DNA of 64,000 nt from the NCBI GenBank assembly GCA_028819545.1, contig JAPPLG010000019.1, positions 66,494 through 130,493 of the forward strand, read 5' to 3'. Every line of letters begins with the position of its first letter. Position 1 is the stretch's first letter. Source of the stretch: Bdellovibrionales bacterium (GTDB lineage Bacteria > Bdellovibrionota > Bdellovibrionia > Bdellovibrionales > UBA1609). The notes beneath the pieces were generated by a model. That model was given only the letters and a program-made list of their open reading frames with translations. It was not told the DNA's origin and ran no database searches. This document shows, one piece after another, positions 45,119 through 55,785 of this stretch. Both the position numbers and the translations under genes were made by a program.

Positions 45119-46738
45119 ATGCTTATCTCATTTTTTCAATATTTTTTACCCTTCTCTTTGCTTTTGGGCACTCTTGTTTTTATTCATGAGCTGGGTCACT
45201 TCCTGGTGGCTCGTTATTTTGGAGTGCGTGTAGAAGTTTTCAGCCTTGGTTTTGGCCCTAAAATTTTTAAATTTAAAAGAGGAGATACTGTTTATTGTAT
45301 CTCTCTTATTCCTTTAGGAGGTTACGTGAAGATGTTTGGGGATAATCCCAAGCAGGTGTTAAAAGAAAATGAACGTGCTTTCGGATTTTTATCTCAAAAA
45401 GTGGGGCCTAAAATGGCTATTGCTTTGGGCGGACCAATAATGAATTTATTATTGGCTGTTGTGATTTTTATGGCTTTAGGTTTTATTGGAAGTAAAAAAG
45501 CAATGCCTGTTTTAGGGGATATTTCTATAGAAAGCGAGGCTTACAAGTACGGCTTTAGATCCAGCGACCGTATTTTGTCTATCAACGGACAGGAAGTTTC
45601 TTATTGGGAGGATGTCAGAAACTTTATAAAAGAAAGCCCAAATGAAAAACTGGAATTTCAAATAGATCGCTCAGGAGCTTCGAAAACAGTTTTTGCAACT
45701 CCTGAACAGGTTGAAAACACACGTATAACTGTTCTGGCTAAATTTATTGGAGAGATTAAGGGTCTTGCTATTAGCTCAAAGTCAGCGCATATTGGCGTCA
45801 GCCGTCTGGATTCTACAGCTTATAAAAATGGTTTAAGAACTTTTGATGAAGTGAAAGAAATAAATGGAGAAAAAATTTCCAACTGGAGGGAGTTTGAAAA
45901 TAAAGTTTCTCAAGTTCAAACAGGCTCATTAAGTGTCACAGTAGAAAGAGACTCTGAATTGCTGAGCTTTGAGCTTCCTGCAATTGGATCAATAAAAAGT
46001 TTAGGTATTGAATCTACAGAGCTTTATCTGGATCGAGTGAAAAAAAATTCTCCCGGAGATAAATCAGGACTTCAAAAAAAGGATCGCTTATTTGCCTGGA
46101 ATGGAAATACCCTCAATACATGGGCCGACTTTTCTGAATTTATACAAAATTATAAAAAGCACCCTGAACCCTTTGAGCTTTCTATTTTAAGAGATGGAGC
46201 GGAGAAAACACTATCAGTTCATGCAGAAAAAATGTCCACGGTACATCCTGACGGTAATATTGAAGACCGCTATATGGTAGGGGTGGCATCCGCCCAATAT
46301 ATCTCTTTACCGGAATTGGTTACAGTTAAAATGTTAAATCCTTTTAAGGCATTTCTTTATGGAGTGGAACAAACATCCAAGTGGGTGGCTGTTACAGGAA
46401 AGGTTCTTTGGAAATTAATTACAGGTGATATCTCCCATCGTATTGTGGGAGGGCCCTTGTCTATTGCAAAGGCGGCTAAAAAATCTTTTTCAGACAGTCT
46501 GGTGGAGTTTTTAGCTATCATGGCCATTATCTCTGTCAATTTGTTTTTAATGAATCTCTTGCCTATTCCTGTATTGGATGGAGGGCACCTTCTTTTATTC
46601 ACTATAGAAGCTATTAAAGGCAGTGCATTGAGTCCGCAAAAAATAGAAATTGTTCAGCTCTTTGGGTTTGTAGTGGTCCTATTTTTTATTGTCTTAACTC
46701 TTATTAATGATATAGGAAACTGGAATCTTATCTGGTAA
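45119..46738 (+). CDS. rseP: RIP site-2 metalloprotease RseP (long form, extended PDZ region)
   Basis: HELGHF zinc motif, PDZ-like segments and C-terminal NLLPIPVLDGGH. 539 aa. Confidence 0.85.
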   Translation: MLISFFQYFLPFSLLLGTLVFIHELGHFLVARYFGVRVEVFSLGFGPKIFKFKRGDTVYCISLIPLGGYVKMFGDNPKQVLKENERAFGFLSQKVGPKMAIALGGPIMNLLLAVVIFMALGFIGSKKAMPVLGDISIESEAYKYGFRSSDRILSINGQEVSYWEDVRNFIKESPNEKLEFQIDRSGASKTVFATPEQVENTRITVLAKFIGEIKGLAISSKSAHIGVSRLDSTAYKNGLRTFDEVKEINGEKISNWREFENKVSQVQTGSLSVTVERDSELLSFELPAIGSIKSLGIESTELYLDRVKKNSPGDKSGLQKKDRLFAWNGNTLNTWADFSEFIQNYKKHPEPFELSILRDGAEKTLSVHAEKMSTVHPDGNIEDRYMVGVASAQYISLPELVTVKMLNPFKAFLYGVEQTSKWVAVTGKVLWKLITGDISHRIVGGPLSIAKAAKKSFSDSLVEFLAIMAIISVNLFLMNLLPIPVLDGGHLLLFTIEAIKGSALSPQKIEIVQLFGFVVVLFFIVLTLINDIGNWNLIW

Positions 46739-46750
46739 AGTTCTTTTTTA

Positions 46751-47404
46751 ATGAAATACTTATGTGTAGAAACTTCCGGTCATGCCTCGGGTTTTGTAGC
46801 AGTCTTTTCTGATTCAAAACAAGAATTTGAATACAGATGGGAGGGGGAACTGCATTCAGAAAATATTACCAAGTCATTAAAAGCTTTAACTCCTTATTTT
46901 GAACAATTAAAATTCATTGCAGTGGATATTGGCCCTGGCCGCTTTACGGGAATCCGAACAGCTGTTAATTTTTCTAAAACCTTATCTTACTACTTAAAAA
47001 TTCCCTTATACCCTTGTCATTCTCTTCGTATTATAGCGGAGCCTTATTTGGAAAATTCTGTTCTTTGTATTATGGAGGCTTTTGGTCAAATGTTTTATAC
47101 TTCTATTTACCGGAAAAAAAATAATGATGTGGAAACATTGTTAAAACCTTCCGTATGGTCCATGCAGCAGTTGGAAGAAAAAATTAAAGAACCTGTTACA
47201 GCAGTGGGGGATGTTTTTGATAAATATGATTTTTCGAAGAGTGCCATTAAGGATTTGTTAAAGCCTATAAAGGAATGTCAAATTTCTCCCTATTTATTTG
47301 CTCAAGTGGTGTTAAAAGAGTGGGATGAAAAAAAATTACAGGCCTGGCATGAGATAGAACCTTGCTACTTGCGTGTTCCTGGGGTTATAAAAAAATCTCA
47401 ATGA
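46751..47404 (+). CDS. tsaB: tRNA t6A37 biosynthesis protein TsaB
   Basis: LCVETSG... and GPGRFTGIRTAV (compare GPGSFTGLR); ~217 aa. Confidence 0.7.
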   Translation: MKYLCVETSGHASGFVAVFSDSKQEFEYRWEGELHSENITKSLKALTPYFEQLKFIAVDIGPGRFTGIRTAVNFSKTLSYYLKIPLYPCHSLRIIAEPYLENSVLCIMEAFGQMFYTSIYRKKNNDVETLLKPSVWSMQQLEEKIKEPVTAVGDVFDKYDFSKSAIKDLLKPIKECQISPYLFAQVVLKEWDEKKLQAWHEIEPCYLRVPGVIKKSQ

Positions 47405-48333
47405 ATAAAAAAGAATTTGCCATTACAAAAGAACTTGCCGGTCTTCGACTGGATCAGGCTCTTGCCCGTTTCTTGGACTCCAGAATGCAGGCGGTGCGTT
47501 TGATTCAGGCAGGTTTAGTGCAAATTGCTGATCATTCAAAAGTAAAACCTTCTTACAGGGTGGAGGCTGGAGATATTATTACCTTAATAGGAGAGTTTAT
47601 AAAAGAAAGAGAGGATCCTCTAAAGCCTTATGATTTTCCGGTTCCTATTGTTTATGAAGATGAGTTTCTAATGGTTGTAAATAAACCGGCAGGTTTAGTG
47701 GTGCATCCCAGTCCCGGGCATTATCATGATACTCTGGTTAATGCTTTAATTCATAAGTTGGATCCGAATGTCGGCTCTTCCAACGGCCCCGGCTTACTTC
47801 ATCGTTTGGATAAAGATGTGAGTGGTCTTTTAGTGTTGTCTAAAAAGCAAACTGCTCATACTTTTCTTGCAAAGCAATTTTTAAATAGGAGCATTAAAAG
47901 AATCTATTGGGCTTTATGCTATCAACCTATACGTTTTACAAAGGGGCGTGTGGAGTCTTATCTTAAAAGGCATCCAATAGATCGTAAAAAATTTGTCTCA
48001 CACCCCAAAGAGGGCAGAAGATCTGTAACTTTATTTAAGATGCTTGAAAAAAAAGAGTTGGCTCTTATTCAGTGTCAATTGTTAACAGGGCGCACTCATC
48101 AGGCTAGAATTCATAGTCTGGAGATTTCTCAGGGTATTGCTGGTGATACAGTGTATGCCAATCCACAAGCTGTAAAAAGTATTAAAGAGCCTCATTTGTT
48201 AAAAAAGATTCAAGAGCTTAATCGTATTGCTCTTCATGCTGTTTCTTTACAGTTTATCCATCCGAACACTAAAAAAGAAATGACCTTCCATGCTCCCTTT
48301 CCAAAAGTGCTCAAAGATTTATTGGAGTCTTGA
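47401..48333 (+). CDS. rluD: 23S rRNA pseudouridine synthase, RluD family
   Basis: S4 domain, VVNKPAGLVVHP, HRLDKDVSGLLV and GRTHQARIH. The ATG at 47401 (ATGA overlap with tsaB) is preferred to the track start at 47362. Confidence 0.85.
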   Translation: MNKKEFAITKELAGLRLDQALARFLDSRMQAVRLIQAGLVQIADHSKVKPSYRVEAGDIITLIGEFIKEREDPLKPYDFPVPIVYEDEFLMVVNKPAGLVVHPSPGHYHDTLVNALIHKLDPNVGSSNGPGLLHRLDKDVSGLLVLSKKQTAHTFLAKQFLNRSIKRIYWALCYQPIRFTKGRVESYLKRHPIDRKKFVSHPKEGRRSVTLFKMLEKKELALIQCQLLTGRTHQARIHSLEISQGIAGDTVYANPQAVKSIKEPHLLKKIQELNRIALHAVSLQFIHPNTKKEMTFHAPFPKVLKDLLES

Positions 48334-48339
48334 TATTTT

Positions 48340-48999
48340 ATGGAACCCATTATTAAAGATAATAAAATTATGGCCTACTCTTATCCCATCAAAGTGGGAA
48401 AAATAGTTTATGGCACAAAATATTTAAAGCGAAGTGACTTAAGGGATTTGTTTCCACAATATCAGTTTTGTTTTGTCAAGCAGGTGCATGGAAGAACAGT
48501 TGTGCCTGCAAATTCCGGAAAGCTTGTTGAGGCAGATGCCCATTGGACAGAAGAAAAAAATCGAGCTTTGGTGGTGCATACAGCAGACTGTTTGCCTGTT
48601 TTGTTGAATAGCGGCCGCCGTATTTGTGCTGTTCATGCAGGTTGGAGAGGGGTGGAAAATCAAATTGTTTTATCAGCTTTAAAAATATTTCCTGACCTTT
48701 CTGAACTGGAGGTTGGAATAGGGCCTCACATTACTCAAGAGAGTTTTATTGTTTCTAAGGATGTGGCTGATAAGCTGAAGAAATCTTCTCCTCAGGGCGA
48801 AAATAGGATGACTCCCATAGAAGAAGAAAAGTACAGGGTTTCTTTAATGGATCTTATGAAAGATCAAATTTTACATAAAACTTCTGTGAAAGGGTGGTGG
48901 AATCTTCCAATTAATACCTTTTCTTCAAATTTATTTCATTCCTTTAGAAGAACTGCCGAAAAAAATATAGGACAATCCAGTTTTATTGTATTGGACTAA
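48340..48999 (+). CDS. pgeF: YfiH/PgeF family (laccase-domain, purine nucleoside-processing) protein
   Basis: HTADCLPVLL and CAVHAGWRG motifs. Confidence 0.8.
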   Translation: MEPIIKDNKIMAYSYPIKVGKIVYGTKYLKRSDLRDLFPQYQFCFVKQVHGRTVVPANSGKLVEADAHWTEEKNRALVVHTADCLPVLLNSGRRICAVHAGWRGVENQIVLSALKIFPDLSELEVGIGPHITQESFIVSKDVADKLKKSSPQGENRMTPIEEEKYRVSLMDLMKDQILHKTSVKGWWNLPINTFSSNLFHSFRRTAEKNIGQSSFIVLD

Positions 49000-49012
49000 A
49001 GGATATTTGATC

Positions 49013-49465
49013 ATGTTAAAAAAGTGGCTTTTTACTCTTTTGATATTAGCATTTCTGCAAGTGATTTCATGGAATTTATTATTTTCTTATAAAAGAGAAC
49101 AAATTTATTCTTTTTGGAATCCCAGTCAGGATCGACTGTTATCTACAGTCGTGGGGGATATCAGCGGGGAAGGCCATTACTTTAAGGTGTTGAAATTTCG
49201 AACTTCAAAAGGAGTTCGTATGGAGTTTTTAAGATACCGTCCTAATGGCATTAAAGAGCTGGTGAGAGAAGTGAATTTGCCCGGGCCTTACAATGGATTT
49301 TTTGCATATAGAGGTCACTCTGTACAGCTGGCTATGGGGGATATTAATGGAGACGGCCTTATGGAGGTTATGGCTCCTACTTTTGATGAAAATCTAAAAG
49401 CTCGTTTGAATGTTTATTATTACCATACAGATCATCAGAATTTTCATCCTTTTTTACCTCAATAG
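49013..49465 (+). CDS. Membrane-anchored protein with an FG-GAP-like motif
   Basis: N-terminal helix LFTLLILAFLQVISW and GDINGDGLMEV (FG-GAP/VCBS-type Ca-binding loop). ATG at 49013 is preferred. Confidence 0.4.
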   Translation: MLKKWLFTLLILAFLQVISWNLLFSYKREQIYSFWNPSQDRLLSTVVGDISGEGHYFKVLKFRTSKGVRMEFLRYRPNGIKELVREVNLPGPYNGFFAYRGHSVQLAMGDINGDGLMEVMAPTFDENLKARLNVYYYHTDHQNFHPFLPQ

Positions 49466-49592
49466 TGTTTCTTTCTGATTCATAGAAAGTGTTTAAAGTT
49501 TTTACCATAAGAACAAAAAATATTTATTTAAAAATAAAATAATTTTTTTATTACAAAATAGGACAAAAATATTATTTTTTATTTTAGAAATT

Positions 49593-50021
49593 TTGGAAAT
49601 CTCCGATCCAATATTTAAAGGATGCTCTATGATGCATACCCTAAAAGAGACAATTGAGATTTCTGAATTTAGTTTGAGCAACACCTCAGACATTATTGCT
49701 CAGAATGCTTTGTTGTTCCAGATATCTCCTCAAGGTTTTTATCTTAAAATTCATCGAAAAGATCTACCTAAGCCTCTTAGGGCTCATTTGAATTTGGACT
49801 CCATTTGCAATAAGGAAGTGGAGATGTATCTGCCCACTATGAATTTAAGTTTAGACGGCACTGTAACGAAAACCCGTCATATTGGGAAAGGTGTTTTTGA
49901 AATTTTTATTAAGTTTCTGGATACTATTCCACAGTATTGGTGTGATTGTCTTTTGGATGCATTAAAGTGTTATCCGGATGGAGAGTACACTGACTTTACC
50001 TCTGCTGTCGGTAAGAATTAA
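49593..50021 (+). CDS. Hypothetical protein (possibly PilZ-like beta-barrel); start uncertain (49593 or ATG at 49629)
   Basis: Open frame preceded by a very AT-rich promoter-like region. The segment GTVTKTRHIGKGVFEIFIKF resembles the PilZ C-terminal strands, but no RxxxR motif was seen. Confidence 0.3.
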   Translation: MEISDPIFKGCSMMHTLKETIEISEFSLSNTSDIIAQNALLFQISPQGFYLKIHRKDLPKPLRAHLNLDSICNKEVEMYLPTMNLSLDGTVTKTRHIGKGVFEIFIKFLDTIPQYWCDCLLDALKCYPDGEYTDFTSAVGKN

Positions 50022-50158
50022 TCTTAAAAAAGATATTTTTACATTTTCAGTTTTCTGCATGGAGTAGAAGACGATATCCGGTATTTCACATTTAAAAATA
50101 ATTCATGTTTTTTATCAAAAAATGCTCTTTCCTAAACTCTGAGTATGGCAAATACATA

Positions 50159-50887
50159 TTAACTTCCAAAGCGTCTTTTCATGGAAGAATAATGTGCAAT
50201 AGCCTTTTTTAATTCTTCAGTGTTAAATTCAGGCCATAGGACATTGCTAAAATAAATTTCACTGTAAGCAGAAGACCATAAATAAAAATTAGATAAACGT
50301 TGAACTCCACCTGTACGGATCATAAGATCCGGAGGAGGAAATGCACTGGACTCCAGGTATTGTTCAAAATCTGTTTCTTTCATATTATGGATATGTGATG
50401 TGAATAAATCCTGATCAAGCTTTTTTTCAGATGTATGGTAATTTTCAAATAATGTTTTTATGCCTTTTAGGATTTCTTTTTTTCCTCCATAGTTGATAGC
50501 TAGAATTAAATTAAGCCCTTGGTTGTTTTTTGTCATTTCACAAGCTTTGTTAAAAGCTTTATTTAATACTGCTGGAAAAGGTTTTAAATCTCCTATGATG
50601 TGCAGACGGATTTTATTGGATATCAGAAAATGCAAGTATTTTAAAATACTGGAAGTCAGTAGTTGGGCGAGACCTTTGACTTCATCAGGGGACCTTTTCC
50701 AATTTTCTGTACTGAAAGCAAAGAGTGTTAAATAAGGAATATTATGATTTACACAATAACGAATTGTTTCTTTTATAGGCTCTACTCCCTGAAGGTGCCC
50801 TTTAAGAGGAGTTAGATTTTCTCTTTGGGCCCATCTTCTGTTTCCGTCCATGATAATAGCAATATGTTGTAATGAAGTTTCTGACAT
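50159..50887 (-). CDS. uppS: Undecaprenyl diphosphate synthase
   Basis: HIAIIMDGNRRWA, LTLFAFSTENWKRS and IRTGG motifs. Confidence 0.9.
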   Translation of the reverse strand: MSETSLQHIAIIMDGNRRWAQRENLTPLKGHLQGVEPIKETIRYCVNHNIPYLTLFAFSTENWKRSPDEVKGLAQLLTSSILKYLHFLISNKIRLHIIGDLKPFPAVLNKAFNKACEMTKNNQGLNLILAINYGGKKEILKGIKTLFENYHTSEKKLDQDLFTSHIHNMKETDFEQYLESSAFPPPDLMIRTGGVQRLSNFYLWSSAYSEIYFSNVLWPEFNTEELKKAIAHYSSMKRRFGS

Positions 50888-50890
50888 GAA

Positions 50891-51448
50891 TTAAACTTTA
50901 GTTAATTCTTGTTCTTTTTTTGAACTAATTTCATCTACTTGTTTATTAAAACTGTTAATTTGTTTTTGAATTTCATCTTCTGCCTGTTTGCTTTCATCTT
51001 CACTAATGGTCTTTTCTTTTAACTGCTTTCTTATTTGTGTGTTTATTTCCTGTCGGACTTGCCTGAGTTCAACACGGCATTGTTCTACATCTTTTTTAAA
51101 GTGCTTGATAACTTCCACTCTCCGGTCTTCTGTTAATTCTGGTACTTTCAATCGGATGGATTTGCCGTCATTTTGTGGTGCCATGCCTAAAGAACTTTTG
51201 ATTAGAGCTTCTTCAATACTCTTTAATGCCCCCTGATCCCATGGGGATATGAGCAAGGTGCGTGCATCCGGACAGGAAATAGAAGCAATATGGGAAAGCT
51301 CTGATTGATTGCCGTAATAGGAAACACTCAGTCCATCCAAAAGAGAAGCATGGGCTCGTCCCGTGCGAATTTTTTTTAGTTTTTCTTTCAGCCTTTCAAT
51401 AGCTGATTTCATTTTTTGTTCTGACTTTTGCTTCAATTCTGCCTGCAT
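50891..51448 (-). CDS. frr: Ribosome recycling factor
   Basis: KIRTGRAHASLLDGLSV.YYG and PELTEDRR motifs; 185 aa. Confidence 0.9.
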   Translation of the reverse strand: MQAELKQKSEQKMKSAIERLKEKLKKIRTGRAHASLLDGLSVSYYGNQSELSHIASISCPDARTLLISPWDQGALKSIEEALIKSSLGMAPQNDGKSIRLKVPELTEDRRVEVIKHFKKDVEQCRVELRQVRQEINTQIRKQLKEKTISEDESKQAEDEIQKQINSFNKQVDEISSKKEQELTKV

Positions 51449-51457
51449 AGGCTAACC

Positions 51458-52168
51458 TCACTGAATTTTTGTTCCTACTTTTTCTCCTTGAAGAACTCGA
51501 ACAATGTTTCCTTTTTTCTTTAACTCAAAAGCAATCAGAGGCATTTTATTATCCATACAAAGACTGATGGAAGTTGAATCAAGAAGCTTCAATCCTTTGT
51601 CTAATACTTCTATATACTTGATTTCATCAAATCTTTTTCCTCCGTTTCCTGTTGCAGGGTCTTGCTCATAAACTCCATCCACTTGAGTGGCTTTTAATAC
51701 AATCTCAGCAGAAATTTCCATAGCTCGCAGAGCCGCAGTTGTGTCTGTAGTAAAATAGGGGTTTCCGGTGCCGCCTGCAAAAATCACAACACGCCCTTTA
51801 TCCAGATGTCTTAAAGCTCTTCTTCGAATGTAAGGTTCTGCGATTTCAGAAATTTGTATAGCTGTTTGTACACGGGTCATAATATTTCTTTTTTCTAAAG
51901 CTTCCTGCAAAGCCAAGGCGTTAATACAGGTGGCCAGCATACCCATGTAATCTGAACTGACCCGATCCATCCATTTTTCAGCAGAAGCACCACGAAAAAT
52001 ATTGCCGCCTCCGATGACGATTCCCAGCTCCACTCCTAGTTTATGAGCTTCCAGAATTTCATCAGCAATTAAAGAAAGTGAGTCAAAATCAATACCTCTA
52101 TTAGGCCCTGATAAAGCTTCTCCACTAATTTTCAGTAAGGCTCTTTTGTAAACAGATTTTTTACTCAA
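51458..52168 (-). CDS. pyrH: UMP kinase
   Basis: [24 protein letters not shown] and [22 protein letters not shown]. Confidence 0.9.
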   Translation of the reverse strand: MSKKSVYKRALLKISGEALSGPNRGIDFDSLSLIADEILEAHKLGVELGIVIGGGNIFRGASAEKWMDRVSSDYMGMLATCINALALQEALEKRNIMTRVQTAIQISEIAEPYIRRRALRHLDKGRVVIFAGGTGNPYFTTDTTAALRAMEISAEIVLKATQVDGVYEQDPATGNGGKRFDEIKYIEVLDKGLKLLDSTSISLCMDNKMPLIAFELKKKGNIVRVLQGEKVGTKIQ

Positions 52169-52191
52169 GAGAGGCTCCTTGTTTCAATCTC

Positions 52192-52821
52192 TTACGAGAC
52201 ATAGTCAGATTCACTGACCCCTAATTCATAACGGACAAAACGGCGAATGACAATCTTTTCCCGAATTTGGTTTGTCAGCTCTGCTAAGGCTTCTTTAACA
52301 GTGATTTCCTGTTCATCACCGCCTGGACGTACAAAAATCTGATCCATTAAACAGACTTCTTTTTTCCACTTGTCCAGACGTCCCTGTATGATTTTATCCA
52401 GCACTTTCTCATTTTTACCTTCTTTTAAGGCTTGTTCACGAAAGGCTTCTGTTTGTTTTTGTAAGAGTGCCTCAGGGAGGTTTTCTTCGGAAATGCATTG
52501 AGGATTCATGGCGGTAATATGCAAGGTCAGATCTTTTACAAATTTGGAAAAAGCCTCACTGCGTGCTGAAAAATCCGTTTCTGTATTCACTTCCACCAAG
52601 ACTCCAATTCTATTGCCTGTATGAACATAAGAAGCCACCTGCCCTTCACTGGCGTCTTTGTCTGATCGTTTTGCCATTTGAGAAAGGCCTTGTTGTTTGA
52701 GCCAGTCCATTGCTTTATTGATATCTGAGTTGCAGGAATTTAAAGCTTTTTTACAGTCTGAAAATCCAGCTCCTGTTTTTTTTCTTAACTCTTTAATATC
52801 TTCTATTGAAACTTGTGCCAT
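52192..52821 (-). CDS. tsf: Elongation factor Ts (short ~200-aa form)
   Basis: IKELRKKTGAGFSDCKKAL (UBA-like N-terminus) and VASYVHTGNRIGVLVEVNTETDF. Confidence 0.85.
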   Translation of the reverse strand: MAQVSIEDIKELRKKTGAGFSDCKKALNSCNSDINKAMDWLKQQGLSQMAKRSDKDASEGQVASYVHTGNRIGVLVEVNTETDFSARSEAFSKFVKDLTLHITAMNPQCISEENLPEALLQKQTEAFREQALKEGKNEKVLDKIIQGRLDKWKKEVCLMDQIFVRPGGDEQEITVKEALAELTNQIREKIVIRRFVRYELGVSESDYVS

Positions 52822-52853
52822 TGGTTTTCCTTGAATAGTGAATTTGAAAAATA

Positions 52854-53762
52854 TTATTTTTCAGATGAAGGCTTGCTTTCTTCTGTTTTTTCCGGAGTGC
52901 TTTCCTTTTCTATTTCCATTGCAATTTCAACATCTTCTGCTGTACCAACTGCAACCAGTTTACGGCTTCGAAACACTTGCACCACACCTGAAGCTCCTGC
53001 GTTTTGCACGATATCTTTTTTGGAGTCTTTACTTTGTTGAACAGGCTCTTTGCTTTCCTGATTGCGGGTTTTGGACTGCCAATTTTTATAACCTTGATCA
53101 CAGGCTTTACCTACTTGTTCAACGAAAAATTGAATGGAGCGTATAGAATCATCGTTGCCTGGGATAGGGTATTGAATTAAATCAGGGTCACAATTGGTAT
53201 CTACAATAGCCACAACAGGAATTCCTAATTTATTTGCTTCAGCAACTGCAATGTTTTCCTTATTGACGTCAACAATAAAAAGAGCTTGAGGAATATCTTT
53301 CATTTCTCGAATGCCTTCCAGGTATTCGTTCAGTCGGTTTTGTTCTTTATCTATTTGGCCTCTTTCTTTTTTCGAATAGCGGTCTAAGTCTCCTCTGTCT
53401 CTCATTTGATCAATTTTTTTCATACGATCAATACTCATTTTAATTGTCTGAAAATTTGTTAGAGTGCCTCCAAGCCAGCGTTTGTTAACATAAAATTGAT
53501 TTCTTTTCTGAGCCTCTTCTTTAATAAGAGCAGAAGCTTGTTTTTTTGTTCCGACAAACATGATATGTCCGCCGTTTCCCACCATTTCTTCTATGAAATC
53601 CAAAGCTTTTTGAGCCATAACCCTTGTTTTCTCCAAATTGATAATATGGATGCCTCCTTTGGGGGCATACACATAAGGTTTCATTTTTGGGTTCCAGCGG
53701 TGAACCTGATGGCCAAAATGAACTCTGGCATTCAGCATATCTTCAAGACTGATCTGAGACAT
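52854..53762 (-). CDS. rpsB: 30S ribosomal protein S2 with an extended charged C-terminal tail
   Basis: [27 protein letters not shown] and [12 protein letters not shown] at 53762 is preferred to the track start at 53801. About 60 extra C-terminal residues are rich in E/K/S. Confidence 0.9.
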   Translation of the reverse strand: MSQISLEDMLNARVHFGHQVHRWNPKMKPYVYAPKGGIHIINLEKTRVMAQKALDFIEEMVGNGGHIMFVGTKKQASALIKEEAQKRNQFYVNKRWLGGTLTNFQTIKMSIDRMKKIDQMRDRGDLDRYSKKERGQIDKEQNRLNEYLEGIREMKDIPQALFIVDVNKENIAVAEANKLGIPVVAIVDTNCDPDLIQYPIPGNDDSIRSIQFFVEQVGKACDQGYKNWQSKTRNQESKEPVQQSKDSKKDIVQNAGASGVVQVFRSRKLVAVGTAEDVEIAMEIEKESTPEKTEESKPSSEK

Positions 53763-53838
53763 ATAAACCTCTTGGCAGGTAAAAGATCTTCTTCCTATCA
53801 TGTCTTTTTATGGAAGGCAAGCTTAGTCATAAAGGCTT

Positions 53839-55785
53839 TTATACGGGATCCCTGTTTATTTGCCAGGCTGATGAAGGCTTTTGCCAGATAAATTCACATA
53901 CTTTATGAAGGTCTTCTGTAGAGGATGACTTCAGCAGAATGTGGTAGCGGTATTTGGAACGTAGTTTAAATATAGGTGCTGGAGCCGGCCCTAAACACTG
54001 GACGTTTTTTGTTTGAATGGCTGTTGAAAGATTTTTATGGATTTTTTTTGCTAGAGCCAGGGACTGATCTTTTTTAGCAGAGCTGGTTTGAATTAACGCC
54101 AGTCGGGTAAAAGGAGGGTAGTTTAACTGTTTTCGAAATTTCAATTCATGAGAGGTCATTTTTTCAAATTCCAGATGGGCTCCTGTTTGAATAGCGGGGT
54201 GATCAGGATTGTAAGTTTGAATGATCACTTTTCCAGGATTAATACTGTGTCTGCCTGCACGCCCTCCCATTTGGGCAATCAATTGGAAGCATTTTTCGGT
54301 AGAGCGAAAATCCTGGGTGTGTAAAGCCAGGTCAGCCAATATAAATCCCACTAAATTTAGTTTTGGGAAATCAAGTCCTTTAGCAATCATTTGAGTGCCG
54401 ATTAGAATATCAGTTTTTCCTTTAAGCATTTGTTCTACGATGGACTGAAACTGACTGGCAGAATGGATGTGATCACTGTCAGCCAGTTGTATGTTGGCTT
54501 TTGGAAATAATTTTTTTATTCCTTCAAAAACGGATTCAGTTCCGACTCCTATGTGCATAATATCCTGTGCAGGATGGCATTCCGCCTGAAGGCTGTTTAT
54601 AGAGTAATTGCAATAATGGCAAACCAGGTATTTGTTGGCATGAAGAACCAGAGATATATCACAGTGCGGACATTTTAAATGAGATCCACAGTAAGAGCAC
54701 AAGGAGAGAGAAGATTGTCCTCTACGATTGAGGAATAAGGCAGATTGTTCTTTTTTTTTCAGTGCATTTTTTAAAGCTTGAAAGAGCTCTTCACTCAGCC
54801 AGAACGGGAGTTCTTTATTTTTTTGTTTTTTTAAATCCACAATGCTCATCTGAGGCATGGGGTAACCCCTCACTCTTTTTTTCAATTGATGATATTGATA
54901 CCTTTTTGTCTGCACATTATGCCAGGTTTCCAGACTGGGGGTTGCTGAGCCTAATACAACAGGAATATTGTATTTATGTCCCAGCATAATTGCTGAATCT
55001 CTGGCATGGTATTTAAGTTTTTCTTCTTGCTTAAAATGGCTTTCGTGTTCTTCGTCCACAATGATCAATGATAAATTGGGTATAGGACAAAATAGAGCAG
55101 AACGCGCTCCCATTAAAATCTTTTTTTTTCCTTCTATGGTTTGAATCCAATTCATTTGTTTTTTGCTTGGGCTCATTCCGGAATGAATCAAAGCTGTTTG
55201 ATCAGGGAAACGTGCAGAGACTCTTTGAAACAGTTGGGGTGTTAAGCTAATTTCAGGCAGAAGAAAGAGCACACTTTTATCTTGTTGGATGATATTTTCC
55301 ATCAAATCCAAATACACTTCTGTTTTACCGGAGCCTGTCACCCCATGCAAAAGGTGTACTTTAAATGTGGATATTTTTTGAATTTCAGAAACACATCTGA
55401 GTTGATCTTTATTTAATTGGAGTTTTTTTATATCTGTTGATGTGTTGGATGGATTTAAACTGGATTGTTTTTTTCTCTGTTTGTCAGATAAGGGAGGAGT
55501 AAAACAAGAGGATGTCACCATACCAATGGGATAAAAATAATACTGTGAAAGCCAATTAAGCCATTCCATTCGAATGGGATCTAAAGGAGGAATATCATTA
55601 AAAACTTTTAAAATCTCTTTGGATTCAAAATCAGGTTTTTCTTCCATTTGAGAAAGAACAAGGCCTATAATTTTCTTTGACAGGAGAGGGACTTCAACAA
55701 ATCTTCCTGCTGATATCACCTGTGGACTGCAATAAGTCAGAGGTTGTCGGAGAGGTTTTGGAACAGCGATGTTGTAGTAATTCAT
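53839..55785 (-). CDS. priA: Primosomal replication-restart helicase PriA
   Basis: Walker A GVTGSGKTE, DEEH box and Cys-rich zinc insertion (CSYCGSHLKCPHCD...CHYCN). Confidence 0.85.
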   Translation of the reverse strand: MNYYNIAVPKPLRQPLTYCSPQVISAGRFVEVPLLSKKIIGLVLSQMEEKPDFESKEILKVFNDIPPLDPIRMEWLNWLSQYYFYPIGMVTSSCFTPPLSDKQRKKQSSLNPSNTSTDIKKLQLNKDQLRCVSEIQKISTFKVHLLHGVTGSGKTEVYLDLMENIIQQDKSVLFLLPEISLTPQLFQRVSARFPDQTALIHSGMSPSKKQMNWIQTIEGKKKILMGARSALFCPIPNLSLIIVDEEHESHFKQEEKLKYHARDSAIMLGHKYNIPVVLGSATPSLETWHNVQTKRYQYHQLKKRVRGYPMPQMSIVDLKKQKNKELPFWLSEELFQALKNALKKKEQSALFLNRRGQSSLSLCSYCGSHLKCPHCDISLVLHANKYLVCHYCNYSINSLQAECHPAQDIMHIGVGTESVFEGIKKLFPKANIQLADSDHIHSASQFQSIVEQMLKGKTDILIGTQMIAKGLDFPKLNLVGFILADLALHTQDFRSTEKCFQLIAQMGGRAGRHSINPGKVIIQTYNPDHPAIQTGAHLEFEKMTSHELKFRKQLNYPPFTRLALIQTSSAKKDQSLALAKKIHKNLSTAIQTKNVQCLGPAPAPIFKLRSKYRYHILLKSSSTEDLHKVCEFIWQKPSSAWQINRDPV